A stretch of 64,000 bases of DNA. Source: Candidatus Bathyarchaeia archaeon. GTDB lineage: Archaea > Thermoproteota > Bathyarchaeia > 40CM-2-53-6. This document shows, in pieces, positions 20,726 through 30,668 of the stretch (the stretch's first letter is position 1; the number at the start of each line of letters is the position of its first letter). Where the stretch lies: assembly GCA_049517415.1 (NCBI GenBank), contig JBEKSC010000005.1, positions 33,746-97,745 of the forward strand, written 5' to 3'. The notes under the pieces were generated by a model. It saw nothing but the letters and a program-made list of their open reading frames with translations, ran no database searches and was not told where the DNA came from. A program made the position numbers and the translations under genes.

Positions 20726-21589
20726 TTGGAAGATCGAAAAGTCGAGATGCCACAGGAATGGGCAGGCGTCGTCCCTACCCAGGTCTTTATCGATGAAGGC
20801 AAGCGTTTAGTCGACGAAGCTGCGAGACGAGAAATACCACTTAGGCTTCTCGGAGGCGTAGCAATTCGCATCCACTGTTTAGAATTCCTAGATTTCGCTG
20901 GAAAACTTATGCGACTAGGAGAGGGTCAGCAGGAGTATACCGACCTGGACTTTATGTCTTACATGAGATTCCGAAAAAGTAAGATGAAAGAATTCTTTGG
21001 AGAGATGGGTTATGAGAAAAGGCCTACAACAATGTCGACCGCCGCTACCCAGAGGCACATTTACTTCCACCCCAAAGGTTGGTTTTACGTCGACGTCTTT
21101 TTCGACAAATTGCTTGCCGCTAACCATCCGTTGGATTTCAGAGGACGATTGGAGCTAGATTCGCCAACCATAACGCCCGCAGATTTGCTACTCGAAAAGT
21201 TACAGATCGTATTCCCCGCTGAGAAGGACATCAAGGATCTACTCTTAGTTCTCAGGGCGCATGACATTTTTCGGGCGGAAGAGAAGAATAAGATAAACAC
21301 GAAATTCATCGCCTCCAAACTTGCTTCAGATTGGGGTTTCTGGTATACCGTAACGTCAAACTTGACCGGTCTGCTGCAATACGTCGAAGAAGCTCAGAGT
21401 CTCACAGTTGAGAAGCAGGACCTCACCTCGAAGATAGACCGCCTTCTCCGAGCTATCGAGACCGAGCCCAAGAGCACAGGTTGGAAGATGCGCTCAATCG
21501 TCGGTAACAGGAGGAAATGGTACAACCCTGTAGAAACCTCTCAAACGGTTGGCGAATTCGGAATCTGGAGACTGCGGGAACGGAAATGA
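20726..21589 (+). CDS. Nucleotidyltransferase-fold hypothetical protein
   Basis: LRLLGGVAI..DLD, VDVF, DLLLEKLQI, KD..D Pol-beta-like pattern. Confidence 0.65.
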   Translation: MEDRKVEMPQEWAGVVPTQVFIDEGKRLVDEAARREIPLRLLGGVAIRIHCLEFLDFAGKLMRLGEGQQEYTDLDFMSYMRFRKSKMKEFFGEMGYEKRPTTMSTAATQRHIYFHPKGWFYVDVFFDKLLAANHPLDFRGRLELDSPTITPADLLLEKLQIVFPAEKDIKDLLLVLRAHDIFRAEEKNKINTKFIASKLASDWGFWYTVTSNLTGLLQYVEEAQSLTVEKQDLTSKIDRLLRAIETEPKSTGWKMRSIVGNRRKWYNPVETSQTVGEFGIWRLRERK

Positions 21590-21664
21590 TCGCGCCAGCC
21601 TCTTGACAGGAGTATATATTGCCGTCCAAATGCGATAGCTGCTTCGAACCGGAAGCCTCACGAC

Positions 21665-23065
21665 ATGGATGACCTATTGAAATACTCAGTCGCCCGAGCA
21701 AGTGACTTGGGCGCTCAATATGCCGACGCCCGCTTTCAAGACCTGAGGCAGACACTCATCATCGCGGAGAATGGTTCTCTACGGACCTACGAGTCGGACC
21801 GTTCGACTGGGATCGGGATCAGGGTTCTCGCAGGAGGGGCATGGGGCCTCGCATCATCAACCCTTCTAGAGAAAAGGAATCTGCGGCAGATGGCGTCGGA
21901 AGCCGTCAGGCTGGCGAAAGCCACTAAGAAGTTATCCGCTCGCGTACAGCTCGCCAAAATTAAGCCCATGGAATCAACGGTAAAGATTCCCGTGAGAAAT
22001 GACCCAGACAATGTACCGCCTGAAGCAAAAGTTAGGCTCCTTTTGGAGGCTAACAAAGCAGCTCTCACAATAGCAGGCATCAAGAACTCAACTTCGCGAT
22101 TAGGATTTATGCACGACGTCCGAGTTTTCGTTTCATCTGAAGGGACAAATGTAAAGACGGATGTTACGACGTCTGGGTTCAGCCAACTTAGCGTCGCCGC
22201 TGCCAACGGCTCTATGGAACGCGTACCCGAGCAACGGTCCCAATGTGCCGGATACGAATTCATTGAGAGTACGGATTGGAATACATTCGCAGCCGATGTC
22301 TCTCAACTTGCATCCAAGGTCGTTGCGGCACCTATGCCCCCATCTGGAACCTACCCAGCGATACTCGACCCTGAACTCATAGGGCTATTCCTACACGAAG
22401 CCTTGGGACATGCGTCGGAGGGAGACCTCGTCGCCACCAAGGAATCAGTCCTAGAAGGAAAGCTTGGCGCCCCAATTGCAAGTGAAGCCGTGACGGTCTA
22501 TGATGACGGTGGAATCGCAGGCGGGTACATGGTTCCATTCGATGATGAAGGAGTACCAAAGGGCAAAACAACTGTGGTACAGAAAGGTAAGCTGCAAGGT
22601 TTCCTTCTATCGAGAGACACGGCAACCGAATTAGGGCTTAAACCAACGGGAAACGCCAGAGCACAGAACTTTGAACATAAACCCATAGTTCGCATGACGA
22701 ACGTCTACATGGAGCCCGGTGACCTATCCTTCGAAGAACTTGTGAAAGGCATTGACCACGGATTCTACATTCGTGGAAGAGGCAGCCTCGGCGGCCAGGT
22801 TGATGTCGGCGGTGGGACGTTCACATTCCGAGCCGGCCCATCATATCTAATCGAGAAAGGAGAAGTGAAGCACATGGTTCGAGCGGTGAACTTCGCGGGG
22901 AAAGTTCTGGAAACCTTGAAAACCATCAATGCCGTCGGAAAGGACTTCTCCATTTCAACCAGCGTATTCGGCGGGTGCGGGAAAGACGGCCAAATGGCGA
23001 AGGTCGGCGACGGCGGCCCACACGTACGCCTCGGGAAGATCACAATAGGCGGAAGGGCTGAATGA
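21665..23065 (+). CDS. tldD: TldD family protease
   Basis: HEALGHASEGD, FDDEG, TGNAR, RMTN, CGKDGQ..GGPH. Confidence 0.92.
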   Translation: MDDLLKYSVARASDLGAQYADARFQDLRQTLIIAENGSLRTYESDRSTGIGIRVLAGGAWGLASSTLLEKRNLRQMASEAVRLAKATKKLSARVQLAKIKPMESTVKIPVRNDPDNVPPEAKVRLLLEANKAALTIAGIKNSTSRLGFMHDVRVFVSSEGTNVKTDVTTSGFSQLSVAAANGSMERVPEQRSQCAGYEFIESTDWNTFAADVSQLASKVVAAPMPPSGTYPAILDPELIGLFLHEALGHASEGDLVATKESVLEGKLGAPIASEAVTVYDDGGIAGGYMVPFDDEGVPKGKTTVVQKGKLQGFLLSRDTATELGLKPTGNARAQNFEHKPIVRMTNVYMEPGDLSFEELVKGIDHGFYIRGRGSLGGQVDVGGGTFTFRAGPSYLIEKGEVKHMVRAVNFAGKVLETLKTINAVGKDFSISTSVFGGCGKDGQMAKVGDGGPHVRLGKITIGGRAE

Positions 23066-24429
23066 CAGAAATTCTATCAGCCGCAGAGCGCGCAGTAAGG
23101 CTTGCAGTGAACAAAGGGTTCGACGAAGCAGAAGCCTTCGCGACCAAGATTACTCGGCGTGATATCATCTTCCGCAACACTATCGAAGCAACAAGGCGCA
23201 GCACAGTTGCGGGGCTGAGCGTCAGAGGCATCGTTGGCCGGAGAATAGGGTTCTTCTCAACATCCTCACTCGAACGCTCGGACGTCGAGACAGCGGTTGA
23301 CGAATCTCTTAAGATCGCAAGAGCGAACAACGAGGATCCAGCATGGAGGTCACTTCCGCGAAAATACGGAAAGGCCAGCGTTCAGAAAATTCGGGACAAG
23401 AACATCGAGCATGCCACCGCAAAGGACCTTGTTGACGAAGTGCGTCTTGCAATCAATACCGTACATGAGGTAGGTTCAGCCGACATTACGCGAGGGTTCC
23501 TCCTAACTAACGTCATGTCGAACGCTATCGCAAACTCCCATGGATGCAGACTGGAAAGAAAGGAGACATTCGCCGCAATGTCACTTGCCGCAAAAGCGGG
23601 CACAGCGGACAAGAAGGGAGTTAGCAACGAATTCAGCGTGACACGCCTATGGAAGGGACTCAAAACAAAACAGCTCGCACACGCAGCCGCCGAAAGGGCA
23701 GTCAAAATGGTGGACGCGGTTCAGATTCCGAATGGAAAATTGAACACTGTTTGGCGAAACGACGCATTCTCAAGCATAATTGACGCTATGCTCACCCGCA
23801 CAATCACAGCAGACGCCATTCAGAAGAACAGGTCACCATGGACTGGGAAAATTGGCCAACACGTAGCTAGCGAAGGCGTCACGATTGTCGACGAAGGCAG
23901 AATGGAAGCTGGAAACGGAACACGACCGTTCGACGACGATGGGATCCCACAGACACGCACGCCAGTTATAGAGAAAGGAGTTCTGAGGGGATTCCTATAC
24001 GATAACTATACCGCGAGCAAGGAAAGCCGACTCTCCACGGGAAATGCCCACCGAGACGTTGGAACCTTCGGCTCCCAAGCAAATTACATGAGAACTCCGG
24101 CCCCGTACCCGAACAACCTAGTACTTGAACCCGGAGATGCCACTGCCGAGGAACTAATCAAGGAAACTAAGAATGGTCTCTATGTTGTGGAAACCATAGG
24201 GGAATGGCTGTCAAACCCCATTAGCGGAGAGCTAAGCGCGACCCTCAGCAGCGGTTTCCTAATTGAGAACGGGGAACTCACGAGGGCCGTCAAAGGTGTG
24301 ATAATTGCGTCGAACTTCTTTGATATTCTCAAAGGAAAGATGGACTTGCGCGCAAATGACCTTCACAGCGCAGGAGCAGTGTACGCACCGACCACGCAAG
24401 TCAATGACATGACTGTTGCTGGAGAATGA
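23062..24429 (+). CDS. PmbA/TldE family protein
   Basis: FDDDG, STGNA, NPISGE; lacks HExxH; 4-bp overlap with tldD. Confidence 0.9.
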   Translation: MTEILSAAERAVRLAVNKGFDEAEAFATKITRRDIIFRNTIEATRRSTVAGLSVRGIVGRRIGFFSTSSLERSDVETAVDESLKIARANNEDPAWRSLPRKYGKASVQKIRDKNIEHATAKDLVDEVRLAINTVHEVGSADITRGFLLTNVMSNAIANSHGCRLERKETFAAMSLAAKAGTADKKGVSNEFSVTRLWKGLKTKQLAHAAAERAVKMVDAVQIPNGKLNTVWRNDAFSSIIDAMLTRTITADAIQKNRSPWTGKIGQHVASEGVTIVDEGRMEAGNGTRPFDDDGIPQTRTPVIEKGVLRGFLYDNYTASKESRLSTGNAHRDVGTFGSQANYMRTPAPYPNNLVLEPGDATAEELIKETKNGLYVVETIGEWLSNPISGELSATLSSGFLIENGELTRAVKGVIIASNFFDILKGKMDLRANDLHSAGAVYAPTTQVNDMTVAGE

Positions 24430-24600
24430 ACCCGCCTGACAAACCGGACCTGAGCTTCAGATATTTGGTGGACGTTCACACTCTGCGATGTTGAAGCCAA
24501 GATCCTTCGCACGCAGTCAGGATTGCTGCGGGTTCTCCCGGTTCATGTGCGCGAGTTAAAATAACTAAACAAGCTGGCACAATGTGGGGGAAGCCTAGAT

Positions 24601-24756
24601 TTGGTGGAATGGGTCACCCTTTATTGTGAAAAGTGCAAGGCCGAGACTAAACACAATTTAAGTTGGGAAAGGAAAAAACCGATGGTGGGCAAACCTTACC
24701 GGGAGGCAACATGCGCGCGTTGCCGGAATCGCACCAAATACTACAAGAGATGGTGA
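24601..24756 (+). CDS. Zinc-finger micro-protein, 51 aa, TTG start (missed by ORF track)
   Basis: MVEWVTLYCEKCKAETKHNLSWERKKPMVGKPYREATCARCRNRTKYYKRW; two CxxC pairs. Confidence 0.6.
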   Translation: MVEWVTLYCEKCKAETKHNLSWERKKPMVGKPYREATCARCRNRTKYYKRW

Positions 24757-24981
24757 GCCAAGGTTCGCAAGTTGCTAGGTATCACCTTTGGCTATAACGA
24801 GGCTTTCTTTAGCGGTTGGTAACCTAGTTGAGATCGCTGGTATTCTCTTCGCCCTAATACCTAATTGTGTTGGCTCCTGCGATTGCCCTCGTTCCCCTGA
24901 AGCTGATTATGTACTTGGTTGCAGCTCAGATTGGTACCGCTTTAATATGGCCGCCTCAATCTGGGGGATCGTGAACAAGTT

Positions 24982-25959
24982 ATGAACTATAGGCGTCTTG
25001 GTAGCGCAGGGCTGAAGATTAGCGAGCTTTCTTTGGGAGCTTGGGTTACGTACGGAGGCCAAGTCGGCGAAGATGCCGCGCTGAAATGCATGTCTGCCGC
25101 CTACGATGCTGGAGTGAATTTCTTCGACAACGCTGAAACTTATGCACAGGGAAACGCCGAGAAGGTCATGGGAAACGTACTCAAGAAGATGGGTTGGCCA
25201 CGTGAGAGTTTCATCGTGTCTAGCAAAGTCTTCTGGGGTGGAGAAGGCCCTAACGATAGGGGGCTCTCCCGCAAACACGTCTACGAAGCTTGCCGGAAGT
25301 CCCTGAAACGCCTCCAGCTCGATTACCTAGACCTATTCTTCTGCCACCGTCCCGATCCGACTACTCCAATTGAGGAAACAGTTCGGGCGATGGACGATTT
25401 GGTCCATCAGGGTTTGATCCTATACTGGGGTACCTCAGAGTGGAGTGCAGCTGACATAATGCGAGCCTACGGCATTGCAAGAGAACAGCACCTGACCACG
25501 CCGCAAATGGAACAGCCGCAGTACAATATGTTGCATCGGGACCGAGTGGAGAAAGAGTACATTCCCTTATACCGTGAAATTGGTTTGGGCACAACGATCT
25601 GGAGCCCGTTGGCGTCTGGGTTGCTATCAGGCAAATACAACAAAGGCATTCCAGCAGGCACTCGAGGATCGCTTCAAGGCTACGAGTGGATGCGTGAATT
25701 CATTCTCACACCGCAGAACATTGACAAAGTGAAACAGTTGCAACCCATTGCCTCTGAACTGGGTTGTACGATGGCGCAATTGGCTTTGGCATGGTGCCTG
25801 AAGAACCCGAATGTGAGCACGGTAATTACGGGCGCAACCCGACCGGAACAAGTCGTAGAGAACATGAAAGCCCCAGGGATAGTTTCAAAGCTGGATTCCG
25901 AGGTTACGGAGCGAATCGATAAGGTCCTGGGAAACAAACCGGTTATCGAAGAAGACTAG
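24982..25959 (+). CDS. Aldo/keto reductase (Kv-beta-like)
   Basis: FDNAETY, SSKVFWG, HRPD, WGTSEW, WSPLASG. Confidence 0.92.
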   Translation: MNYRRLGSAGLKISELSLGAWVTYGGQVGEDAALKCMSAAYDAGVNFFDNAETYAQGNAEKVMGNVLKKMGWPRESFIVSSKVFWGGEGPNDRGLSRKHVYEACRKSLKRLQLDYLDLFFCHRPDPTTPIEETVRAMDDLVHQGLILYWGTSEWSAADIMRAYGIAREQHLTTPQMEQPQYNMLHRDRVEKEYIPLYREIGLGTTIWSPLASGLLSGKYNKGIPAGTRGSLQGYEWMREFILTPQNIDKVKQLQPIASELGCTMAQLALAWCLKNPNVSTVITGATRPEQVVENMKAPGIVSKLDSEVTERIDKVLGNKPVIEED

Positions 25960-26531
25960 CCCGCTGCAGAGTCGAGAAGTGCACGCAACTTCCTGAAATC
26001 CTCCAGCATCACCTCCCTCAAACTGAAGGTGTAGAGGGCAGCAGCGGGGTGGTACATAGGAAAGTACGTCTTTCCACCGACCTCGAAGGGTATACCGTGA
26101 ACTTCCGTTACGGGGTCATCTGACTTGACTAGTGCATGTATTGCTGAGTTGCCCATCGGACAGATTACGCTTGGTTGAATGAGGGCGATCTGTCGTTCAA
26201 GGTATGGTCTGCAAGCTGCCGCTTCATCCTTTCTGGGCGGCCTGTTGTTCGGGGGCCTACACTTCGCAAGGTTCGTGATGTAAACTTCTTCTCGCTTCAG
26301 ATCTACGGACGCAAGGAGTTCGGTGAGAAGTTTACCAGCAGCCCCAACAAATGGGCGACCTTGAAGATCCTCTTGCTCTCCTGGGGCTTCCCCGACAAAC
26401 ACCAGCCTCGTCTTTGATGACCCCTCACCGGGAACTGCTTTCTTCCTAGTCTCACAAAGCCGGCACTTCCTGCAGGAGACCACTTCGCTTGAGATCTTAT
26501 CCAGGGAATCTTCGGTTTCCGTCGAAATCAC
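25956..26531 (-). CDS. udg: Family-4 uracil-DNA glycosylase
   Basis: CxxC, GEAPG, GRPFVG, KCRPP.NR, HPAA. Confidence 0.95.
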   Translation of the reverse strand: MISTETEDSLDKISSEVVSCRKCRLCETRKKAVPGEGSSKTRLVFVGEAPGEQEDLQGRPFVGAAGKLLTELLASVDLKREEVYITNLAKCRPPNNRPPRKDEAAACRPYLERQIALIQPSVICPMGNSAIHALVKSDDPVTEVHGIPFEVGGKTYFPMYHPAAALYTFSLREVMLEDFRKLRALLDSAAG

Positions 26532-26583
26532 ATCCGGGTGAGTTGGATTGCGCTTACCGGAATTTTGTTAACGCACGGTATAT

Positions 26584-26594
26584 ATTCCTCTTTT
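26584..26594 (+). repeat. attL core ATTCCTCTTTT
   Basis: Identical to 33866-33876. Confidence 0.7.
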
Positions 26595-26638
26595 TAACTT
26601 ATCGGTACGGTGTATAATAGCGCAGACTACTATGCGGC

Positions 26639-26800
26639 CTACCATTCGAACGGACATACCGGATTCTCGCATTGATGTAGCCCCGCATGTCCCTTTTCTC
26701 GCCCGCAAATATGCTCCTTGTGTAGGCCAGCAATGGCTCCGCATTTCTCCGCTTTCTCACGCCACGAAGTTATAGTTCCTGCTGCTGGGATATCTGACAA
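26639..26800 (-). CDS. Cys/His-rich micro-protein, 53 aa (missed by ORF track)
   Basis: MSDIPAAGTITSWREKAEKCGAIAGLHKEHICGREKGHAGLHQCENPVCPFEW; GGTGA SD-like motif upstream of TTG. Confidence 0.65.
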   Translation of the reverse strand: MSDIPAAGTITSWREKAEKCGAIAGLHKEHICGREKGHAGLHQCENPVCPFEW

Positions 26801-26805
26801 ATTCC

Positions 26806-26952
26806 CTACTCACCCTCATGGAGTGGCAGACCGCATTTAGGACAAATCGCAATATACACAGGCCCTTGTCTCCCATCAGGTAGCCTGACATATTCCCCGA
26901 ACCACGCCGGATAATCGAATTCCTTTTGGCATCCAAATACACAAAGCACCAT
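26806..26952 (-). CDS. CPxCG zinc-finger micro-protein, 48 aa (missed by ORF track)
   Basis: MVLCVFGCQKEFDYPAWFGEYVRLPDGRQGPVYIAICPKCGLPLHEGE; GGTGA SD 6 nt before ATG. Confidence 0.65.
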   Translation of the reverse strand: MVLCVFGCQKEFDYPAWFGEYVRLPDGRQGPVYIAICPKCGLPLHEGE

Positions 26953-27635
26953 CTTCTATCACCACAAAGAGAACCCCAACGGGATTGGGTATAAGTCTTG
27001 TCACCTAACTATCGACCTAAATTAGCCTTATTTTGCTATAGAGATACGTGAAAGCTATTTTGTTTGCCAAAAGAAGGTAAGTTTGGCCTATATATGACTA
27101 AAGGAACAAGAAAAGCATACGAGAAAAAAATGAGTTACTACTACTGTATATGTATTCGTATATAATATAATATAGGTATTGTACTTGGATGGTAGCAAGT
27201 AGCTAATGGAATATGGCGAGCAAGATGTTGCGAGCATATCAGTATATCAGATTGCAGTGATATATGATATTATATATTATTGTTTCTTAATTGATTAGAT
27301 GTATTCCGCCGCCCCCCCTTCGGGGCCTCCAAAAATGGGGGGGCAGTATAATGAGGATTTGGGGGGGCATAACCGAATAACCAATTTAGAAAGGCATAAA
27401 GCTATAATTTTCTATACTATTCTGTCTAAAACTATTAAAGTGCACTACATGGTATAGCGACAGCCTCCATATATAGAGAGTAGAAGGATATAATCATAAT
27501 TAGGCCAAAATTCGACGATATTAATAAATGCGGCAATCTGCACGCAAATAAGAATCATATAATGATAATCTGAGACATATAGAGTAAATAGAGACTAATA
27601 TGAGATGATTACATATATTAGTAGGGGGCCATAAG

Positions 27636-27983
27636 TTGGAACAATACATATTCAAGCAACTGAATGATAAATTAGATATCATAGACCTATTGCTCTACGA
27701 TAATTGGAGTATAGGAAGATTTTATGCTTGCCCCAAATGCGGGGCCAGAGGCAGACTAGGCATGGGAAAAACCCCTCGCTATGGTGTGTACTGTGTATAC
27801 ATGCTTCATCATAACTCAGAGGAATGTCACTTAGGAAGATTTGACTTGAGAGCATTGGGCCCTGAGAAGTTAAGGGACAATGCGAGGAAAATAACCACTA
27901 TCATAAAGACTAGAAGAGCAGAGCGACTAAATAAGAAAAATAATATCGAGAGATTGATAAATGGAAATAAAGATGAAACTTAG
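27636..27983 (+). CDS. CPKCG zinc-ribbon protein, putative DNA-binding
   Basis: CPKCGARGRL...H....CHLG plus basic C-terminus. Confidence 0.65.
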   Translation: MEQYIFKQLNDKLDIIDLLLYDNWSIGRFYACPKCGARGRLGMGKTPRYGVYCVYMLHHNSEECHLGRFDLRALGPEKLRDNARKITTIIKTRRAERLNKKNNIERLINGNKDET

Positions 27984-28042
27984 ATATAGAGCACATAAAA
28001 GAGGTATATTATATCATATATTACATAGAGGCAAGCATAAAC

Positions 28043-28189
28043 ATGAAAGATAAGCCATTAATAACAAAGGCTGAAAGAGAACTTCTAGCTAAACTTAAGG
28101 ATAAAATGTATAGCCCTAAAGATAAGAAAAAGTTGGAAAAGTTAGAGGATATATATGAAGAAAGCAGTACGGAAGAAGAAGCCCGATAA
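28043..28189 (+). CDS. Small charged protein, 48 aa
   Basis: MKDKPLITKAERELLAKLKDKMYSPKDKKKLEKLEDIYEESSTEEEAR. Confidence 0.45.
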   Translation: MKDKPLITKAERELLAKLKDKMYSPKDKKKLEKLEDIYEESSTEEEAR

Positions 28190-28287
28190 AGCAAAAATGA
28201 GTAATTCAACTATTGACCACTTCTATAATAGCGTAATATATACCGATGATAATGAGTATAGTAATAAAGATTAAGAGATAATATAAT

Positions 28288-28533
28288 ATGAATCCTTTAA
28301 ACTACTCCCAAACGGCAACACTAGCTAATTCGCAAGCAAGAGCATCTGTTGCCAGTGCCACATCTAGCGCCGCAAATAGCCCCAATGCTTCGGTCAATCA
28401 AGGGACGAGCAAAACTACAGCCGCATTGTCCGGTGCAAGTGTTACCAATAAGAATCCGAGCACAGGTACAACCTCAAGCAAATCGCTCAGTGCCGCTAGT
28501 GGCTTCACACAAGGCGGTTTCTACGGAGAATAA
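28288..28533 (+). CDS. Ser/Ala/Thr-rich low-complexity protein, 81 aa
   Basis: ORF track; locally higher GC than flanks. Confidence 0.6.
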   Translation: MNPLNYSQTATLANSQARASVASATSSAANSPNASVNQGTSKTTAALSGASVTNKNPSTGTTSSKSLSAASGFTQGGFYGE

Positions 28534-28568
28534 AACGAATACAATTAGCATATAAGGAGTGATATATA

Positions 28569-28718
28569 ATGACAACATATTATACTGATACAACATATAC
28601 AAGCGCAAGAGAAATGCAAGCGGCCATAAATGCTATGGATACATCAGTAACAACCATAGTATTTATTTTCAAAGGCGGATTGGCGGATTTTCACCTAATA
28701 ACAATGCCAGCAGCATAA
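28569..28718 (+). CDS. Micro-protein, 49 aa
   Basis: AAGGAGTGA SD; MTTYYTDTTYTSAREMQAAINAMDTSVTTIVFIFKGGLADFHLITMPAA. Confidence 0.65.
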   Translation: MTTYYTDTTYTSAREMQAAINAMDTSVTTIVFIFKGGLADFHLITMPAA

Positions 28719-28752
28719 CCTATGATATATTAATAATATAAGGAGATGATAT

Positions 28753-28854
28753 ATGATGGCACATCCAGATACAGCAACCGTTGACCGTGTTGTTCCTGAA
28801 AGACGTAGACGAAGGCAATATGCACCTGTCAACAGTTATAATCTAACGAGTTAA
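28753..28854 (+). CDS. Arg-rich micro-peptide, 33 aa
   Basis: AAGGAGATGA SD; MMAHPDTATVDRVVPERRRRRQYAPVNSYNLTS. Confidence 0.55.
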   Translation: MMAHPDTATVDRVVPERRRRRQYAPVNSYNLTS

Positions 28855-28906
28855 TTATTATAGTTTTATACTATAAATATATAATATAAAAGGAGATGAA
28901 TATCAT

Positions 28907-29593
28907 ATGAATGATATAAAAGAACAAATGCAAAAAGATAAGAAAGACAGACTATTAAGACAGACTAAGAGTGAATACCACCTCGACCAAGGTTTAGACC
29001 AAACTAAATTTGCTGGTCAGCCAAATGGTTATATTAGCGAATCTACCAACAACCCCAATCCCGTATTAGTAAGCCATAGCATTATCGAAGCTAAAGAGGA
29101 TAGAGTTAAAGACATGTTGGCAAAAGAGGCTATGAATAAGAAAATAGCAATACAAGAAGCATATAATGACTATAGTACACCTAATACCATTATGGACACG
29201 GGACAGCATGTAGATTTGGCTTATGGACGGTCTAAAGCTCCAAATGATAGGGGATTTAAACATATTTCAGACAGTACACGTAGATATGCACAACCTAAAC
29301 TTATAAAGAACATACTACAAGGCCATGCATCTATATACTATTGCACAAGCCATGATGAGATATTAGGATATAACAATAGGTCAGTATTTGATAATAGACT
29401 ACATACAAAAGAAACGCATTGTGAAGTAATGAAACTATCTGATGCACAAATACTATCAGAGTTCCCAGAAATTCGAACCCTCTTGGCAAACATTAACAGC
29501 CTGAGTACGAATTTGAGTGTAGCGCAGCCAAGCTCCAATTCCGACATATCGGAGTCAGGATGCTATAATCCCCTTAAGCGGAAAAGAGCATAA
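28907..29593 (+). CDS. Hypothetical protein, 228 aa
   Basis: AAGGAGATGA SD; possible CxxH...H....C metal site. Confidence 0.7.
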   Translation: MNDIKEQMQKDKKDRLLRQTKSEYHLDQGLDQTKFAGQPNGYISESTNNPNPVLVSHSIIEAKEDRVKDMLAKEAMNKKIAIQEAYNDYSTPNTIMDTGQHVDLAYGRSKAPNDRGFKHISDSTRRYAQPKLIKNILQGHASIYYCTSHDEILGYNNRSVFDNRLHTKETHCEVMKLSDAQILSEFPEIRTLLANINSLSTNLSVAQPSSNSDISESGCYNPLKRKRA

Positions 29594-29743
29594 ATTCCCT
29601 ATATTTTTTAATATATAGGTAAAATAACGCAAAATAATGCGAAATAAGGTGAGTATATAAAATAAAAGTTGCGGTATGGAGCCTTATGCATCCCACGGCA
29701 TAAGACTCTGTACCAATACATTAATCCATATAGGTGTGTCTAT

Positions 29744-30616
29744 ATGAACAGTAGTATATATAGTAAGAACGGATATATAAATATATCGGACAGACATAAT
29801 AGACGTTCCAAAGGAGCATACTTTGAACGTATAGTATATGACTTTTTATATGATTTAGATAATAAAGAATTAATACATAATCAATTTAATGATAAGATAG
29901 CTGATATTATATATAAAGATAATTATATTGAATGTAAGAATTGGGAGAATACGACTAACTTAACTGGCTTGCTCATAGCTACTCAGATAACGCCCAAATT
30001 TAATGACAGCAAAAACAAGCACCGGATAGCCCTATTCAAGAATAAGATGAACCTAACCCGTAAGGCTAAAGACTTGCTCGCCAAGCACAACATAGCGTAC
30101 ATGGCTTGGGACACATTCAAAGCATGGATTAGAGCTAAGATTAAACCAAAAACAGCCAGTTTAAGGCAGGTCATTTACCGTAGCTATAATGATAGATACA
30201 GTAGATGTAATAGCAATGATGGACAGCCTGCGTATGGTATGGCTAACTGTGATAGGACAATACCTATAAATGGCTGTTCTAATGAAAGAGATATTATATA
30301 TATTAATTATTTATCTAATCCTATTGACAGCCCCCCCAAAAACCCTGAATTAGCCGAATATGAAAGCAATCTCGGTATATTGTCTCGATTGAAGCTATGG
30401 AAATCATATTGGCCTTTAAAGAAAGAATATGAGAGGTATTTAGAGGTTTTGGGCGGGTATTATAATAGGTTTGAGGGTCATAAAGATATAACTATAACTA
30501 AAGAACAATATGGTTATAAAGTCAATGATAAAGTCTACTTCTATTCATTCTATGAAGCATTAGAATACATATATAGGGTATATGGAACAGATATTAGTAT
30601 TCATAGATTAGATTAA
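29744..30616 (+). CDS. PD-(D/E)XK (restriction-endonuclease-like) nuclease; ATG 29744 preferred over TTG 29669
   Basis: KGAYFE (motif I), ADII (II), YIECKNW (III); AGGTG SD at 29732. Confidence 0.75.
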   Translation: MNSSIYSKNGYINISDRHNRRSKGAYFERIVYDFLYDLDNKELIHNQFNDKIADIIYKDNYIECKNWENTTNLTGLLIATQITPKFNDSKNKHRIALFKNKMNLTRKAKDLLAKHNIAYMAWDTFKAWIRAKIKPKTASLRQVIYRSYNDRYSRCNSNDGQPAYGMANCDRTIPINGCSNERDIIYINYLSNPIDSPPKNPELAEYESNLGILSRLKLWKSYWPLKKEYERYLEVLGGYYNRFEGHKDITITKEQYGYKVNDKVYFYSFYEALEYIYRVYGTDISIHRLD

Positions 30617-30668
30617 TATATCATATTCCCACACAGACAAAAGACATACAAAGGGATTAGTCGATGAA

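Noticed and set aside
26757..26942. 61-aa ORF in the track
   Set aside because: Alternative frame overlapping two better-supported SD-led Cys-motif ORFs
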